The position numbers were made by a program, and so were the translations under genes. A stretch of 64,000 bases of DNA from contig JBIJDH010000009.1 of assembly GCA_044344255.1 (NCBI GenBank), forward strand, positions 191,251 to 255,250. The letters are read 5' to 3'. The stretch comes from Myxococcota bacterium (lineage in GTDB: Bacteria > Myxococcota_A > UBA796 > UBA2385). Of this stretch, positions 48,444 to 57,183 are shown piece by piece. The notes below the pieces were generated by a model. The model was not told where the DNA came from. It ran no database searches and worked only from the letters and a program-made list of their open reading frames with translations. Each line of letters starts with the position of its first letter. The stretch's first letter is position 1.

Positions 48444-49388
48444 CTAGTGAGGCGCCCCGCCCTTCGGTGCACCCGTGCTCGATTCGCCCACGATCTCGAT
48501 GAGCTCTACGTCAAAGACCAGCATACCGGCGGGAGCGCCGGCCTGACCCTTGTAGGCCAGCTCCTGGGGGACCCAGAAGCGCGTGGACTCGCCCTCGACC
48601 ATGAGCTGGACCCCCTCGGTCCAGCCGGGGATGACCCGGTTGAGCGCGAAGACGAGCGGCTGACCGCGGGTGACCGAGCTGTCGAACATCTGACCGTCCG
48701 TGGTCCAGCCGGAGTAGTGCACCCGCACGCGGTTGGTGGGGGCCGGGTGAACCGTGCCCTTGCCCGGCTGCAACACACGGTAGGCGAGGCCGGAGGCCGT
48801 CTTCTTGGCGTCCTTCGGCGGAGCGGCGACGTCGGCGGGGGCCTCGGGCGGGTTCGTGAAGTTCACGAGCTCGACGTCAAAGACCAGCATGCCGGCCGGC
48901 TTGCCCGGCTTGCCCTGGTAGGCGAGGGCCTCGGGGATCCAAAAGCGGGTCTTCTGGCCGATGGTCATCGTCTGCAGACCCTCGGTCCACCCTGCGATCA
49001 CCGCCTTCAAGGGGAACTTGGCGGTCTTGTTCCGCTTGGCGGAGCTGTCGAACATCTTCCCGTCGGTGGTCCAGCCCGTGTAATGCACCTCCACGGTGGC
49101 CTCCGGCTTCGGGTGAACGGTGCCCTGACCGTCCTGGAGCGACCGGTAGGCCAGGCCCGAGGCGGTCTTGACCGCGTCAGCGGGAGCGGCGGCGACGTCT
49201 GCAGGGGCGGGGAGATCCACCGCGGCGCTCTGCTGGCTCTCCAGCGGCTTGCCGTCCACCTTGGAGCGCTTGTCCGCGGGGCCGGACGTAGCAGGGACCG
49301 CAGCGGGGGCCTCACCGGTGGGCTCCTGGTTGCAGCCGATGGTGAGACCCAACACAAGGAGGGCGCGGAGGACGGAGGAGGGGATCAT
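48444..49388 (-). CDS. Tandem two-domain FKBP-type peptidyl-prolyl isomerase (lipoprotein)
   Basis: Lipobox TIGC; two copies of VHY.GWTTDG.MFDSS...VI.GWTEG.Q.M...LVFDVEL. Confidence 0.93.
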   Translation of the reverse strand: MIPSSVLRALLVLGLTIGCNQEPTGEAPAAVPATSGPADKRSKVDGKPLESQQSAAVDLPAPADVAAAPADAVKTASGLAYRSLQDGQGTVHPKPEATVEVHYTGWTTDGKMFDSSAKRNKTAKFPLKAVIAGWTEGLQTMTIGQKTRFWIPEALAYQGKPGKPAGMLVFDVELVNFTNPPEAPADVAAPPKDAKKTASGLAYRVLQPGKGTVHPAPTNRVRVHYSGWTTDGQMFDSSVTRGQPLVFALNRVIPGWTEGVQLMVEGESTRFWVPQELAYKGQAGAPAGMLVFDVELIEIVGESSTGAPKGGAPH

Positions 49389-49485
49389 GGTGACTCCAGG
49401 CGGACGGAGGCGGGTTCGACCTCCCAGCGGACCGACGCCTAACCGGCCCATGGGAGGCCGGACACCGCGCGGCGCCCCCTTCAGG

Positions 49486-51243
49486 TCACACGATGGAGGA
49501 GGGCTCGTCCGCCTCGTGCAAGCCGGAGAAGGAGGCCCGCTGGCGGTCCATGACCACCCGGGCGATGGCCTCGGCGGTCCGGGTGGTGGGAGACTCAAAG
49601 AGCACGCCCACGTCGTACGACTCGCCCTCGATCGTCAGGCGACAGACCCGGGCCTTGACCTGAAAGGGCTCATCACCGTCCTCGACGTCGATGTGGAGCC
49701 GCAGGCCCAGGGCGACGGGGAAGTGCAGGCGCAGACGGCAGCCGACGTTGGACAGATCGACCATCGTGCTCCGCTCCGCCACCTCCGGCCGCTCGGTGAG
49801 GGGGGTCACGAAGGCGGAGAGGTCGACCGGCACGCGGAGCTCGACGCGCTGGTTGTAGACCCGGAGCTCCTCGGGCCAGGACATCACCACGAGCCAGGTG
49901 TCCTCATGGGGGATGACGCGGTGCGCGGCGGGCACGGGGGCTGACCGATCGACGCGGGTGTCGAACTGGTAGACCCCCTCGAACTGGCCGACCTCAACCG
50001 ACAAGGAGGGGGCGTGTAAGGCCCGCTCTGCGCGCTCCCGCGGCAACATCACGGCCCAGCCGGAGACGTGCCGGAGCGAGGCACCGGGCCGCAGGAGCGC
50101 GAGCTCTCGCCCTTGCACGGAGATCCGCACAAAGGCCGACGCGCCGATGATGCGATCCATCGTGCGGCGGCCGACGTTGGCCCAGGGGATGATCCGGCTC
50201 GGCGCGCGACAGTGCTTCCAGAACGTCTCGATCTCCGCCTCGCCGCCCGAGGGCACGAGGCCGAGGAGGGTCTGGTCGGCGTCGATGTGGATCCAGCCGG
50301 CGTGATGGGCCTCGTCCGTCTTGATCCGTGCCACGCGGCTGATGGGGATGTCGAGCACCCGATCGTCGGGATCACCGGACCCGGCCGGGAGGAAGCGGAC
50401 GGAGCTTCGGGTGAGCACGAGCACGCCCGAGACGACAGAGCGCCCCTCGTTCACGAGCAGGCAAGGCGTGCAGAGCGGCGCGGCGCTGCGCTCACCCGCG
50501 CGGAGGGCGTCGGGCCAGCGAGACACCACGGACTCCCTCCAGACGTCCACCGCCTCGGCCTGCGCGGCGCGCCGAAGGGAGTGGTCCGCGTGGAGGCGCG
50601 CGATCAGGGCGTGGAGGCGCTCACGCGGGTCGTCCACGGAGAGGACGCGGACATCCTCACCGGCGTGAAGCTCGATCTTCGGCTCCGGCCAGCCCCGCAA
50701 CATCACCCGCGTGAGATCAGACCAGGGCATCTCGAAGGGCTGGGCGCCCATGATCGCGTCGAGGCGGCCCCGGACCTCGAAGCGAAGCCCGACGCGGCCG
50801 AGGTGGAGGCCCCCCTTGTGGCGGAGGAGCCCCCGCCGCAAGGAGGCTGGCCAGACCTCGACGCCCGAGCCCTCCCCCGGGGCGATGAGGGCGTCGGCCG
50901 TGTGATCGACCTGCGTGACAGGCAGCTCCTGCAGCTCCAGGGTGGCCAGCAGCCCGACGAGGTGGGCGTGGACCGGGGCCGTACCTGGACCGGAGAAGCG
51001 CCAGGTCTCTTCCCCGGACACCACGGTGAGGAGCCGGAGCACCGCCGACCACTCACAGTGGGTGATCGCGCTCAAGGGGATGAGGACCGGGCGGGCCTCA
51101 TCGGCCACGTCCGGCTTGTAGCGGAGGCCCTCAGCCGTCAACAAGAGCTGCCCGGAGCGCGCCTCGAGCCCCTCCAGCAGCATCACCGAGCCCTTCGCGA
51201 GCGGCGGCTCTACGGTGGACACGGTGGTTCGAGCTTCCCACAT
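49486..51243 (-). CDS. PilZ-domain protein with N-terminal PH/GRAM-like repeats
   Basis: C-terminal QRVELR (RxxxR) and DLSNVG (DxSxxG); three G.L.LT/G..L.F segments in the N-terminal half. Confidence 0.7.
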   Translation of the reverse strand: MWEARTTVSTVEPPLAKGSVMLLEGLEARSGQLLLTAEGLRYKPDVADEARPVLIPLSAITHCEWSAVLRLLTVVSGEETWRFSGPGTAPVHAHLVGLLATLELQELPVTQVDHTADALIAPGEGSGVEVWPASLRRGLLRHKGGLHLGRVGLRFEVRGRLDAIMGAQPFEMPWSDLTRVMLRGWPEPKIELHAGEDVRVLSVDDPRERLHALIARLHADHSLRRAAQAEAVDVWRESVVSRWPDALRAGERSAAPLCTPCLLVNEGRSVVSGVLVLTRSSVRFLPAGSGDPDDRVLDIPISRVARIKTDEAHHAGWIHIDADQTLLGLVPSGGEAEIETFWKHCRAPSRIIPWANVGRRTMDRIIGASAFVRISVQGRELALLRPGASLRHVSGWAVMLPRERAERALHAPSLSVEVGQFEGVYQFDTRVDRSAPVPAAHRVIPHEDTWLVVMSWPEELRVYNQRVELRVPVDLSAFVTPLTERPEVAERSTMVDLSNVGCRLRLHFPVALGLRLHIDVEDGDEPFQVKARVCRLTIEGESYDVGVLFESPTTRTAEAIARVVMDRQRASFSGLHEADEPSSIV

Positions 51244-51298
51244 CCGCCACACTCCGTGGACCGTCGAGCGGCCTCCTCAACAGTCTACACCGGCGCTC

Positions 51299-52474
51299 TC
51301 AGGCCTCCAAGCGACCTTCGAGGGCCATGTGGAAGAGCGTGGTTGCAGCTTCGAGATCGAAGAGGCGCGGGTTGCCGCCGGCGCTCGGATCTTCGGTCGC
51401 CATTCGCGCGAGCAGAGGGATGTGATCTACGGTGACCCCGACGGCCGCCAGCGTGTGCGGGATGCCGACGGTCTGGCGCAGGTCGAGCACCCACTGCAGG
51501 AAGCTGTCGAAGCTGTGACCCGGGAGGTCCATCATGCGAGCCTGACGGGCGAGGCGCGCTTCGATGAAGCTACGGTTGAACGCCAGGACGTACGGCATGA
51601 CGATCGCGTTGGTCAGCCCGTGCTGCGCGTCGAGCACCGCGCCGATCGGGTGGCTCATCGCGTGCATACCGCCGAGGCCCTTCTGGAAGGCCGAGGCCCC
51701 CATCAAGGAGGCCGCCATCATGTCCGATCGGGCCGCGCCGTCCTCGCCCCGCTGGACAGCGGTGATGAGCGACTGCTGAACGAGGCGGATGCCCTCCATC
51801 GCGATGCCGTCGGCCTGAGGGTGGTAGCCGGGGGCGCAGTAGGCCTCGAGGTTGTGGGAGAGGGCGTCCATGCCCGTCCAGGCGGTGAGGTGCGCCGGGA
51901 GCCCGACCGTGAGCGCAGGATCGCAGAGCACGCGGGGGGGCTGGACCCGGGGATGGAAGATCAGCTTCTTCACATGCTCGACCTCATCGGTGATGACCGA
52001 GCAGCGGCCGACCTCCGAGCCCGTGCCCGAGGTGGTGGGGACGGCGATGCAGGGGGCGATGCCCTCGACCTTCACGCGGGTCCACCAGTCGTCCTTGTCT
52101 TCGAAGTCCCAGAGGGGGCGGTCCTGGCCGACCATCAGGGCGACGGCCTTGCCTGCGTCGAGCGCGCTGCCGCCCCCGAAGGCGATGACACCGTCGGCGC
52201 TGTGCGCCCGGAAGGCCTCCACGCCGTCGGTGACGTTCCGACCGTTGGGGTTGGCCTTGATGGCGCTGAAGACGGCGGTGGAGAGGCCGGCGGCCTCGTT
52301 ACGCGCCACGAGCTCGGCCACCATCGGCAGGCCCGCGAGGCCAGGGTCCGTCACGACGAGGGGGCGCTTCATCCCGAGATCACGGCAGTGATCGGGGAGC
52401 TCGGTGATGCGGTTCCAGCCGAAGCGGACCGCGGTGGGGTAGTTCCAGTTTCCACGCGGAAGGTTGGTTCCCAT
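51299..52474 (-). CDS. Iron-containing alcohol dehydrogenase
   Basis: GGGSALDAGK, PTTSGTGSE, GMDALSH..E, H..SH, HG..NA. Confidence 0.93.
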   Translation of the reverse strand: MGTNLPRGNWNYPTAVRFGWNRITELPDHCRDLGMKRPLVVTDPGLAGLPMVAELVARNEAAGLSTAVFSAIKANPNGRNVTDGVEAFRAHSADGVIAFGGGSALDAGKAVALMVGQDRPLWDFEDKDDWWTRVKVEGIAPCIAVPTTSGTGSEVGRCSVITDEVEHVKKLIFHPRVQPPRVLCDPALTVGLPAHLTAWTGMDALSHNLEAYCAPGYHPQADGIAMEGIRLVQQSLITAVQRGEDGAARSDMMAASLMGASAFQKGLGGMHAMSHPIGAVLDAQHGLTNAIVMPYVLAFNRSFIEARLARQARMMDLPGHSFDSFLQWVLDLRQTVGIPHTLAAVGVTVDHIPLLARMATEDPSAGGNPRLFDLEAATTLFHMALEGRLEA

Positions 52475-52546
52475 GGGACACTCCTGAACGGTGGGTATGC
52501 GGGACAAACGGAAGCGGCGGAGAGGAGCGGGGAGGGGAGGGCGGCC

Positions 52547-54001
52547 TCAGGTCCGGACGCGGAGATGGAAGGACTTCGGGCGCGTGAGCTGCTCGTAGCC
52601 GACCACGGAGAGGGTGCAGCCGCGGCCCGAGTCGCCCACGCCCACCCAGGCGAGCGCCGGATCGAGGTAGTCGCAGCGGTTCATGAAGACGGTCCCGGTG
52701 TGCAGCCCGTCGCCGATGCGGAGGGCGGCGTCTTCGTCGGCGGTCCACACCGAGGCGGTGAGGCCGAAGCGGCTGTCGTTCATCAGGCGCACCGCCTCCG
52801 CGTCCGAGGCCACCTTCATGATGCCGACCGCGGGCCCGAAGGTCTCCTCGGTCATCAGCTCCATCCGGTGGTCCACATCGACCAGCACCTGCGGGGCGAG
52901 GTAGGGGAAGCCCCGGGAGGCGGCCGGGAAGCGGCTCGTGTCGATGAGGGGGCGGGCGCCGGCGGCGATCGCAGCCGCCACCTTGGCTTGCACGGAGGCG
53001 GCGGCGCGGGCGCGGACGAGGGGCCCCATCGTGACGGAGGGATCGCTGGGGTCCCCGAGGGTCCAGCCGTAGACCTCGTCAGCCACGCGCTCGATGAAGG
53101 CGTCGTAGACGTCGGCGTGAACGTAGATGCGCTCCACGGCGCAGCAGGACTGCCCCGAGTTGAAGAGCACGCCCTCGATCGTGTTGGCGACGGCGAAGGG
53201 CAGGTTGGCGTCGGGGCGGACGTAGGCGGGGTCCTTGCCGCCGAGCTCGAGGCCCATGCCGATGAAGCGCCCCGAGGCGGCCTGCTGTACGGCCCGCCCG
53301 CCCTCGACGGAGCCCGTGAAGGCGACGAAGCTCACCCGAGGGTCGCGCACGGCCTCGGCGGTGCGGGCGTGGCTCATGTGGATGTACTGGAAGACCCCCT
53401 CGGGCAGCCCGGCGGCGAGGGCGGCCTCGACCATCGCCTCGGCGCAGAGGGGCGTCTGATCGGAGTGCTTGAGCACGACGACGTTTCCGGCGGCCAGGGC
53501 CGGCACCACCGCGTTGACGGCGGTGAGGTAGGGGTAGTTCCAGGGCGCGAGCACCAGCACGAGGCCGAGGGGCTCCCGGCGAATGAACCGGTTGAAGTTC
53601 TCCTTCGCGCCCGGGTGGATGTCGCGGAGGGCGCCCTCGGCGAGGCCGATCATCGTGCGGGCGCGATCGGCGAAGCCCCCGATCTCGTAGGGGGCCCACT
53701 TGATCGGGCGGCCGATCTGGTAGGTGAGGCCGAGGGCCAGCTCGTCCTTCCGGGCCTCGAAGGCCTCGACAAAGCGGCTGAGGAGGCCGAGGCGCTCGGC
53801 CAGGGGGCGGGCCCGCCAGGCGGCGCGGGCGCGGGTGGCGCGCTCCAGCACCTGATCGAGCTCGCCCGGGGTGGCGAGGGGACGCTCCACATAGACGCGG
53901 CCATCTACGGGAGAGACGGTCACCTGGAGGTCGGCCGAGGCCGACGAACCGAGGTCCGAGGGGAGGGGGGCGTTCGAGCGCTGCGCGAGGGTGTCGGACA
54001 C
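52547..54001 (-). CDS. Aldehyde dehydrogenase family protein
   Basis: PWNYP, FTGS, LELGGKDP, NSGQSCC, EETFGP. Confidence 0.94.
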   Translation of the reverse strand: MSDTLAQRSNAPLPSDLGSSASADLQVTVSPVDGRVYVERPLATPGELDQVLERATRARAAWRARPLAERLGLLSRFVEAFEARKDELALGLTYQIGRPIKWAPYEIGGFADRARTMIGLAEGALRDIHPGAKENFNRFIRREPLGLVLVLAPWNYPYLTAVNAVVPALAAGNVVVLKHSDQTPLCAEAMVEAALAAGLPEGVFQYIHMSHARTAEAVRDPRVSFVAFTGSVEGGRAVQQAASGRFIGMGLELGGKDPAYVRPDANLPFAVANTIEGVLFNSGQSCCAVERIYVHADVYDAFIERVADEVYGWTLGDPSDPSVTMGPLVRARAAASVQAKVAAAIAAGARPLIDTSRFPAASRGFPYLAPQVLVDVDHRMELMTEETFGPAVGIMKVASDAEAVRLMNDSRFGLTASVWTADEDAALRIGDGLHTGTVFMNRCDYLDPALAWVGVGDSGRGCTLSVVGYEQLTRPKSFHLRVRT

Positions 54002-54054
54002 GGTGGGCTCCGCCGGTCAGAGGGGCGTCCCCTTGCCCCGCTCCCCCGCCGCCG

Positions 54055-54912
54055 TCAACGCCCTGGAGCTGCGGGGGCGCAGACCGCGGTGGTCGACACC
54101 AGATGACAGCGTAAGGACGTCCCTGCGGTGACCGGATCGAAGCGGGCCGGCTTGACCCCCTTGAAGTACAAGGTGCAGGGCTCCTTCGGGACATACCGGA
54201 ACTTGGCCGGGCCATAGTTGCCCGCGACCCCGCTCGGCCCGGCCAACGGGATCACGGACTGTCGCTGACGGTAGCCGCCCGGACAGGACAGCTCGAGGCC
54301 GCTCACGCCTGGGCTGTCGGTGACCTCGACCAGCAGCACGTCCCCAGCGACCGGCCCCGCGGCGACCGGCGGCGCCTTCGGCGAGGCGACCGGGGAGGCG
54401 GGGCGGGCCGCCACCTTCGGCCCACAGACGGCGGTGGAGCCCACCACCCGGCAGTCATAGGATGTGCCGGGCACCACCGGCGAGTAGGTGGCGGGCGTGC
54501 CCCCCTTGAAGAGGAGGCGGCACTGGGCAGAGCGGAGGCCGCCGATGCGCGCCACCCCGCTCACGCTGTCGGCGGTGGTCTTCATCGGGCTCCGCTGCCG
54601 GTAGCCGTCCATGCAGACGACCTCGATGCCGCTGAAGAGGGAGGCGTCGGGGACGTGCACCTCGATCTGGTCGGCGCCGAGCGGCCCGTCCGCGGAGACC
54701 ACGGCGGCGGCGGCGGCGGCGGGGTCAGCCACGGTGGGCTCGGGCAAGGCCGGGGCCTCCGTCATCCCCACGATGTAGGCCGGCGCCGGCGGCTCGGGGA
54801 TCTCGACCAGCTCGGAGTCTTTGGGGCAGCCGGCGAGGAGGGGGAAGCACAGACCGACGCGGAGCCAGGCGAGGGCGGTGCGGGGGGCGACGACGGCGCG
54901 GCGGCGGTGCAT
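54055..54912 (-). CDS. Hypothetical lipoprotein with two copies of a 4-Cys ~80-aa domain
   Basis: Lipobox LAGC; internal duplication SG.E..C..GYRQR...C.L.FKG..PA...PV..GTS..C..V..TAVC.P. Confidence 0.75.
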   Translation of the reverse strand: MHRRRAVVAPRTALAWLRVGLCFPLLAGCPKDSELVEIPEPPAPAYIVGMTEAPALPEPTVADPAAAAAAVVSADGPLGADQIEVHVPDASLFSGIEVVCMDGYRQRSPMKTTADSVSGVARIGGLRSAQCRLLFKGGTPATYSPVVPGTSYDCRVVGSTAVCGPKVAARPASPVASPKAPPVAAGPVAGDVLLVEVTDSPGVSGLELSCPGGYRQRQSVIPLAGPSGVAGNYGPAKFRYVPKEPCTLYFKGVKPARFDPVTAGTSLRCHLVSTTAVCAPAAPGR

Positions 54913-55013
54913 GCGCCAGTCTACCGCGGGCCCCCCATCGGGGCCCGCCGGCAGACCCGGCCCTCGGGGGCGGGTTAGCGGCCCCCGATCCCGAGGCCCA
55001 AATTTCTGAGCCA

Positions 55014-55073
55014 AAGATGTCCGAGCCGAAGATGTCCGAGCCCAAGATGTCCGAGCCCAAGATGTCCGAGCCG
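55014..55073 (+). repeat. 15-bp tandem repeat AAGATGTCCGAGCC[G/C] x4 containing the start codon
   Basis: Read directly; a degenerate fifth unit (TTCTGAGCCA) precedes it. Confidence 0.95.
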
Positions 55074-55895
55074 AAGCCGCCCACCGTCCAAGAGATCGAG
55101 GCCCTCAGCGCCTCGCTGAAGCAGTGGTCGAGCGCGCTCTCGGCCGTCCACAAGTCGCTCGATCCCCTACGCCCCTCCCGCCTCACCGCCGCGGCCGCGC
55201 CGATGACCGGCCTCGACCCCCTCACGCTCGGGCGCCGCCTCGAGGCCCTCCAGCACGAGCTGAAGGGCTGGGGGGAAGCGGAGCGCGCTGGCCGGCGGGG
55301 TCGCCTCGCCGCCGACCTGAGGGCCCTCTGCGGGGCGCGCGGCCTGGGTCTCCGGGTGGTGTCCAAGGAGCCCCTCGAGCTCCGCATCCCGCCCCTGGCC
55401 GTGCAGATCGACGTCGAGGCGGACGTCGCCCGCCTCCTCTTCGCCCGCCAGCCCCTCGAGGCCACCGAGGCCGACGCCGCCGCGATCCTCGCCGCGCGTG
55501 ACCGCGCCCTCTCCGCGCTTGAGGGGGAGCGCTGGGCCCCCGAGGCCTTCCACCGCGACCTGTTGGCCGCCTGGCGGACCGTGGACGGACGCGGTTGGGC
55601 CGAGCTCGGGGCCCTCCTGCCGGAGCTGGCCCGTCGGCAGGAGGGCGCTCCTCCGCCCGCCGAGGCCCCGTCCCGCCCCCTCCGCCCCTACTCCCGCGCC
55701 CGCTTCTGTTACGACCTCTGGCGCCTCCGCCGCGATCGCTGCCTCACCGTAGATGGCTGGCGCCTCAGCCTCGGCCCTGCCACGGGCGGCAGCGCCCGCG
55801 ACAAGCGGCGGGTGTTCTGGCTCGAGGACGCCGACGGTGAGGGCCAGCTGCACCTCAGCGCCCGCTTCCTGGCACCGGAGGCCAACGATGTCTGA
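55017..55895 (+). CDS. Hypothetical protein, first gene of the DUF2791 ATPase operon
   Basis: Open 292-aa frame whose stop overlaps the next start (ATGTCTGA); helical N-half; aromatic/basic C-terminal block YSRARFCYDLWRL. The true start is any of four ATGs. Confidence 0.75.
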   Translation: MSEPKMSEPKMSEPKMSEPKPPTVQEIEALSASLKQWSSALSAVHKSLDPLRPSRLTAAAAPMTGLDPLTLGRRLEALQHELKGWGEAERAGRRGRLAADLRALCGARGLGLRVVSKEPLELRIPPLAVQIDVEADVARLLFARQPLEATEADAAAILAARDRALSALEGERWAPEAFHRDLLAAWRTVDGRGWAELGALLPELARRQEGAPPPAEAPSRPLRPYSRARFCYDLWRLRRDRCLTVDGWRLSLGPATGGSARDKRRVFWLEDADGEGQLHLSARFLAPEANDV

Positions 55896-57183
55896 GCCCA
55901 CCGATCGTGGCGACCCCGCGCCCACCCCCGCGCTGGCCCGTGCGATCCTCGCTCGGATGGGAGAGATCGGGCAGCCCCCCGAGATCGGCGTCGAGCACGT
56001 CAACGTGGGCAACGAGCGGTACCTCGGGGTGCTCGACCGCGAGTACCTCACCCCCATCGCGGAGAGCGGGCGCGGCTCCTCCTTCAAGCTGGTCCAGGCC
56101 CACTTCGGCGGCGGCAAGACACACTTTCTGCTCTGCGTCCGGGAGCGGGCCTGGCGGCGCGGCCTCGCCACCGCGCTGGTCGGCCTCTCCCCCGAGGAGT
56201 GCCCCTTCGACGACGCCCTGCGAGTCTATCAGGCCGTCGTGCGGGAGCTCTGCCTGCCCCCCACCGACCCCGCGGTCGCCCCAGACCGCGGCCTCGAGGC
56301 GACCCTCGGCCAGCTCGTCCAGGATCGACGCGCTGCCCTCGGGGACGCGGCCCTGCTCGACTGGGTGGAGGGCACGCTGCGCCGCCTGCCCGTGGACGCC
56401 CCGAGCTACCGCGCCGCCGTGGTGGCCTACTTCAAGGCGACCCTCGCAGGATCGGCAGACGGCGCGGAGCTCGCCCTCGCCTGGCTCCGCGGAGAGCCGC
56501 TCAGCGACGAAGAGGCCCGTCCCTTGGGGATCCGCGAGCGGATGGGCCGCGACAACGGCCTGCGGATGCTGCGCAGCCTCTGCCAGGTGCTCCAAGGCCT
56601 CGGCGTCCCCGGGCTGCTGCTCTCCTTCGACGAGCTCGATCGCAACCTCTCCCTCACCCCGAAGCGGCGCACGGCGGTGGCGGACAACCTCCGCCAGATC
56701 ATCGATCTCTGCGGCCGCGAGGCCCTCCCCGGGCTGCTCTTCCTCTATGCGGTGCCGCCCGAGTTCATGCGCACCGTGGTGGCGGAGTACCCCGCGCTCC
56801 AGCAGCGCCTCGAGGGGCCGAGCTCGCTCACCGAGCGGAGCCCCCAGGCCGCCGTCATCGACCTCGAGCGCCTCGATCTTCCCGCCAGCGAGGTGCTGGT
56901 GCGCATCGGCCAGCGGCTCCTCCAGCTCTTCGAGATCGGCCGCGGGGCCCGCTTCGATCGCGATCTGCAGACCCGCAACCTCCGCGCCCTCGCCGACGAG
57001 GTGCTGGCCGGCTCCTTCGAGGTCGCCCACCGCCGGGCCTATGTGAAGGCGGCCGTCGATCTCCTGCACGGTCAGGCCCTCGAGCCGCGCCCCATCGGCG
57101 AGGAGCAGCTCCGCGGCCTCGTCGGGACCGGAGGTAAGCTCGTGCTGCTGCGCGGGGGCGCCGACCCCTTCGACGACCTGTGA
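55888..57183 (+). CDS. DUF2791 / BrxD-like P-loop ATPase
   Basis: G.PP..G...VNVG, FKLV.AHFGGGKTH (Walker A), WLRGE, GLLLSFDE (Walker B), Y.AL..RL; GGAGG RBS. Confidence 0.8.
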   Translation: MSEPTDRGDPAPTPALARAILARMGEIGQPPEIGVEHVNVGNERYLGVLDREYLTPIAESGRGSSFKLVQAHFGGGKTHFLLCVRERAWRRGLATALVGLSPEECPFDDALRVYQAVVRELCLPPTDPAVAPDRGLEATLGQLVQDRRAALGDAALLDWVEGTLRRLPVDAPSYRAAVVAYFKATLAGSADGAELALAWLRGEPLSDEEARPLGIRERMGRDNGLRMLRSLCQVLQGLGVPGLLLSFDELDRNLSLTPKRRTAVADNLRQIIDLCGREALPGLLFLYAVPPEFMRTVVAEYPALQQRLEGPSSLTERSPQAAVIDLERLDLPASEVLVRIGQRLLQLFEIGRGARFDRDLQTRNLRALADEVLAGSFEVAHRRAYVKAAVDLLHGQALEPRPIGEEQLRGLVGTGGKLVLLRGGADPFDDL

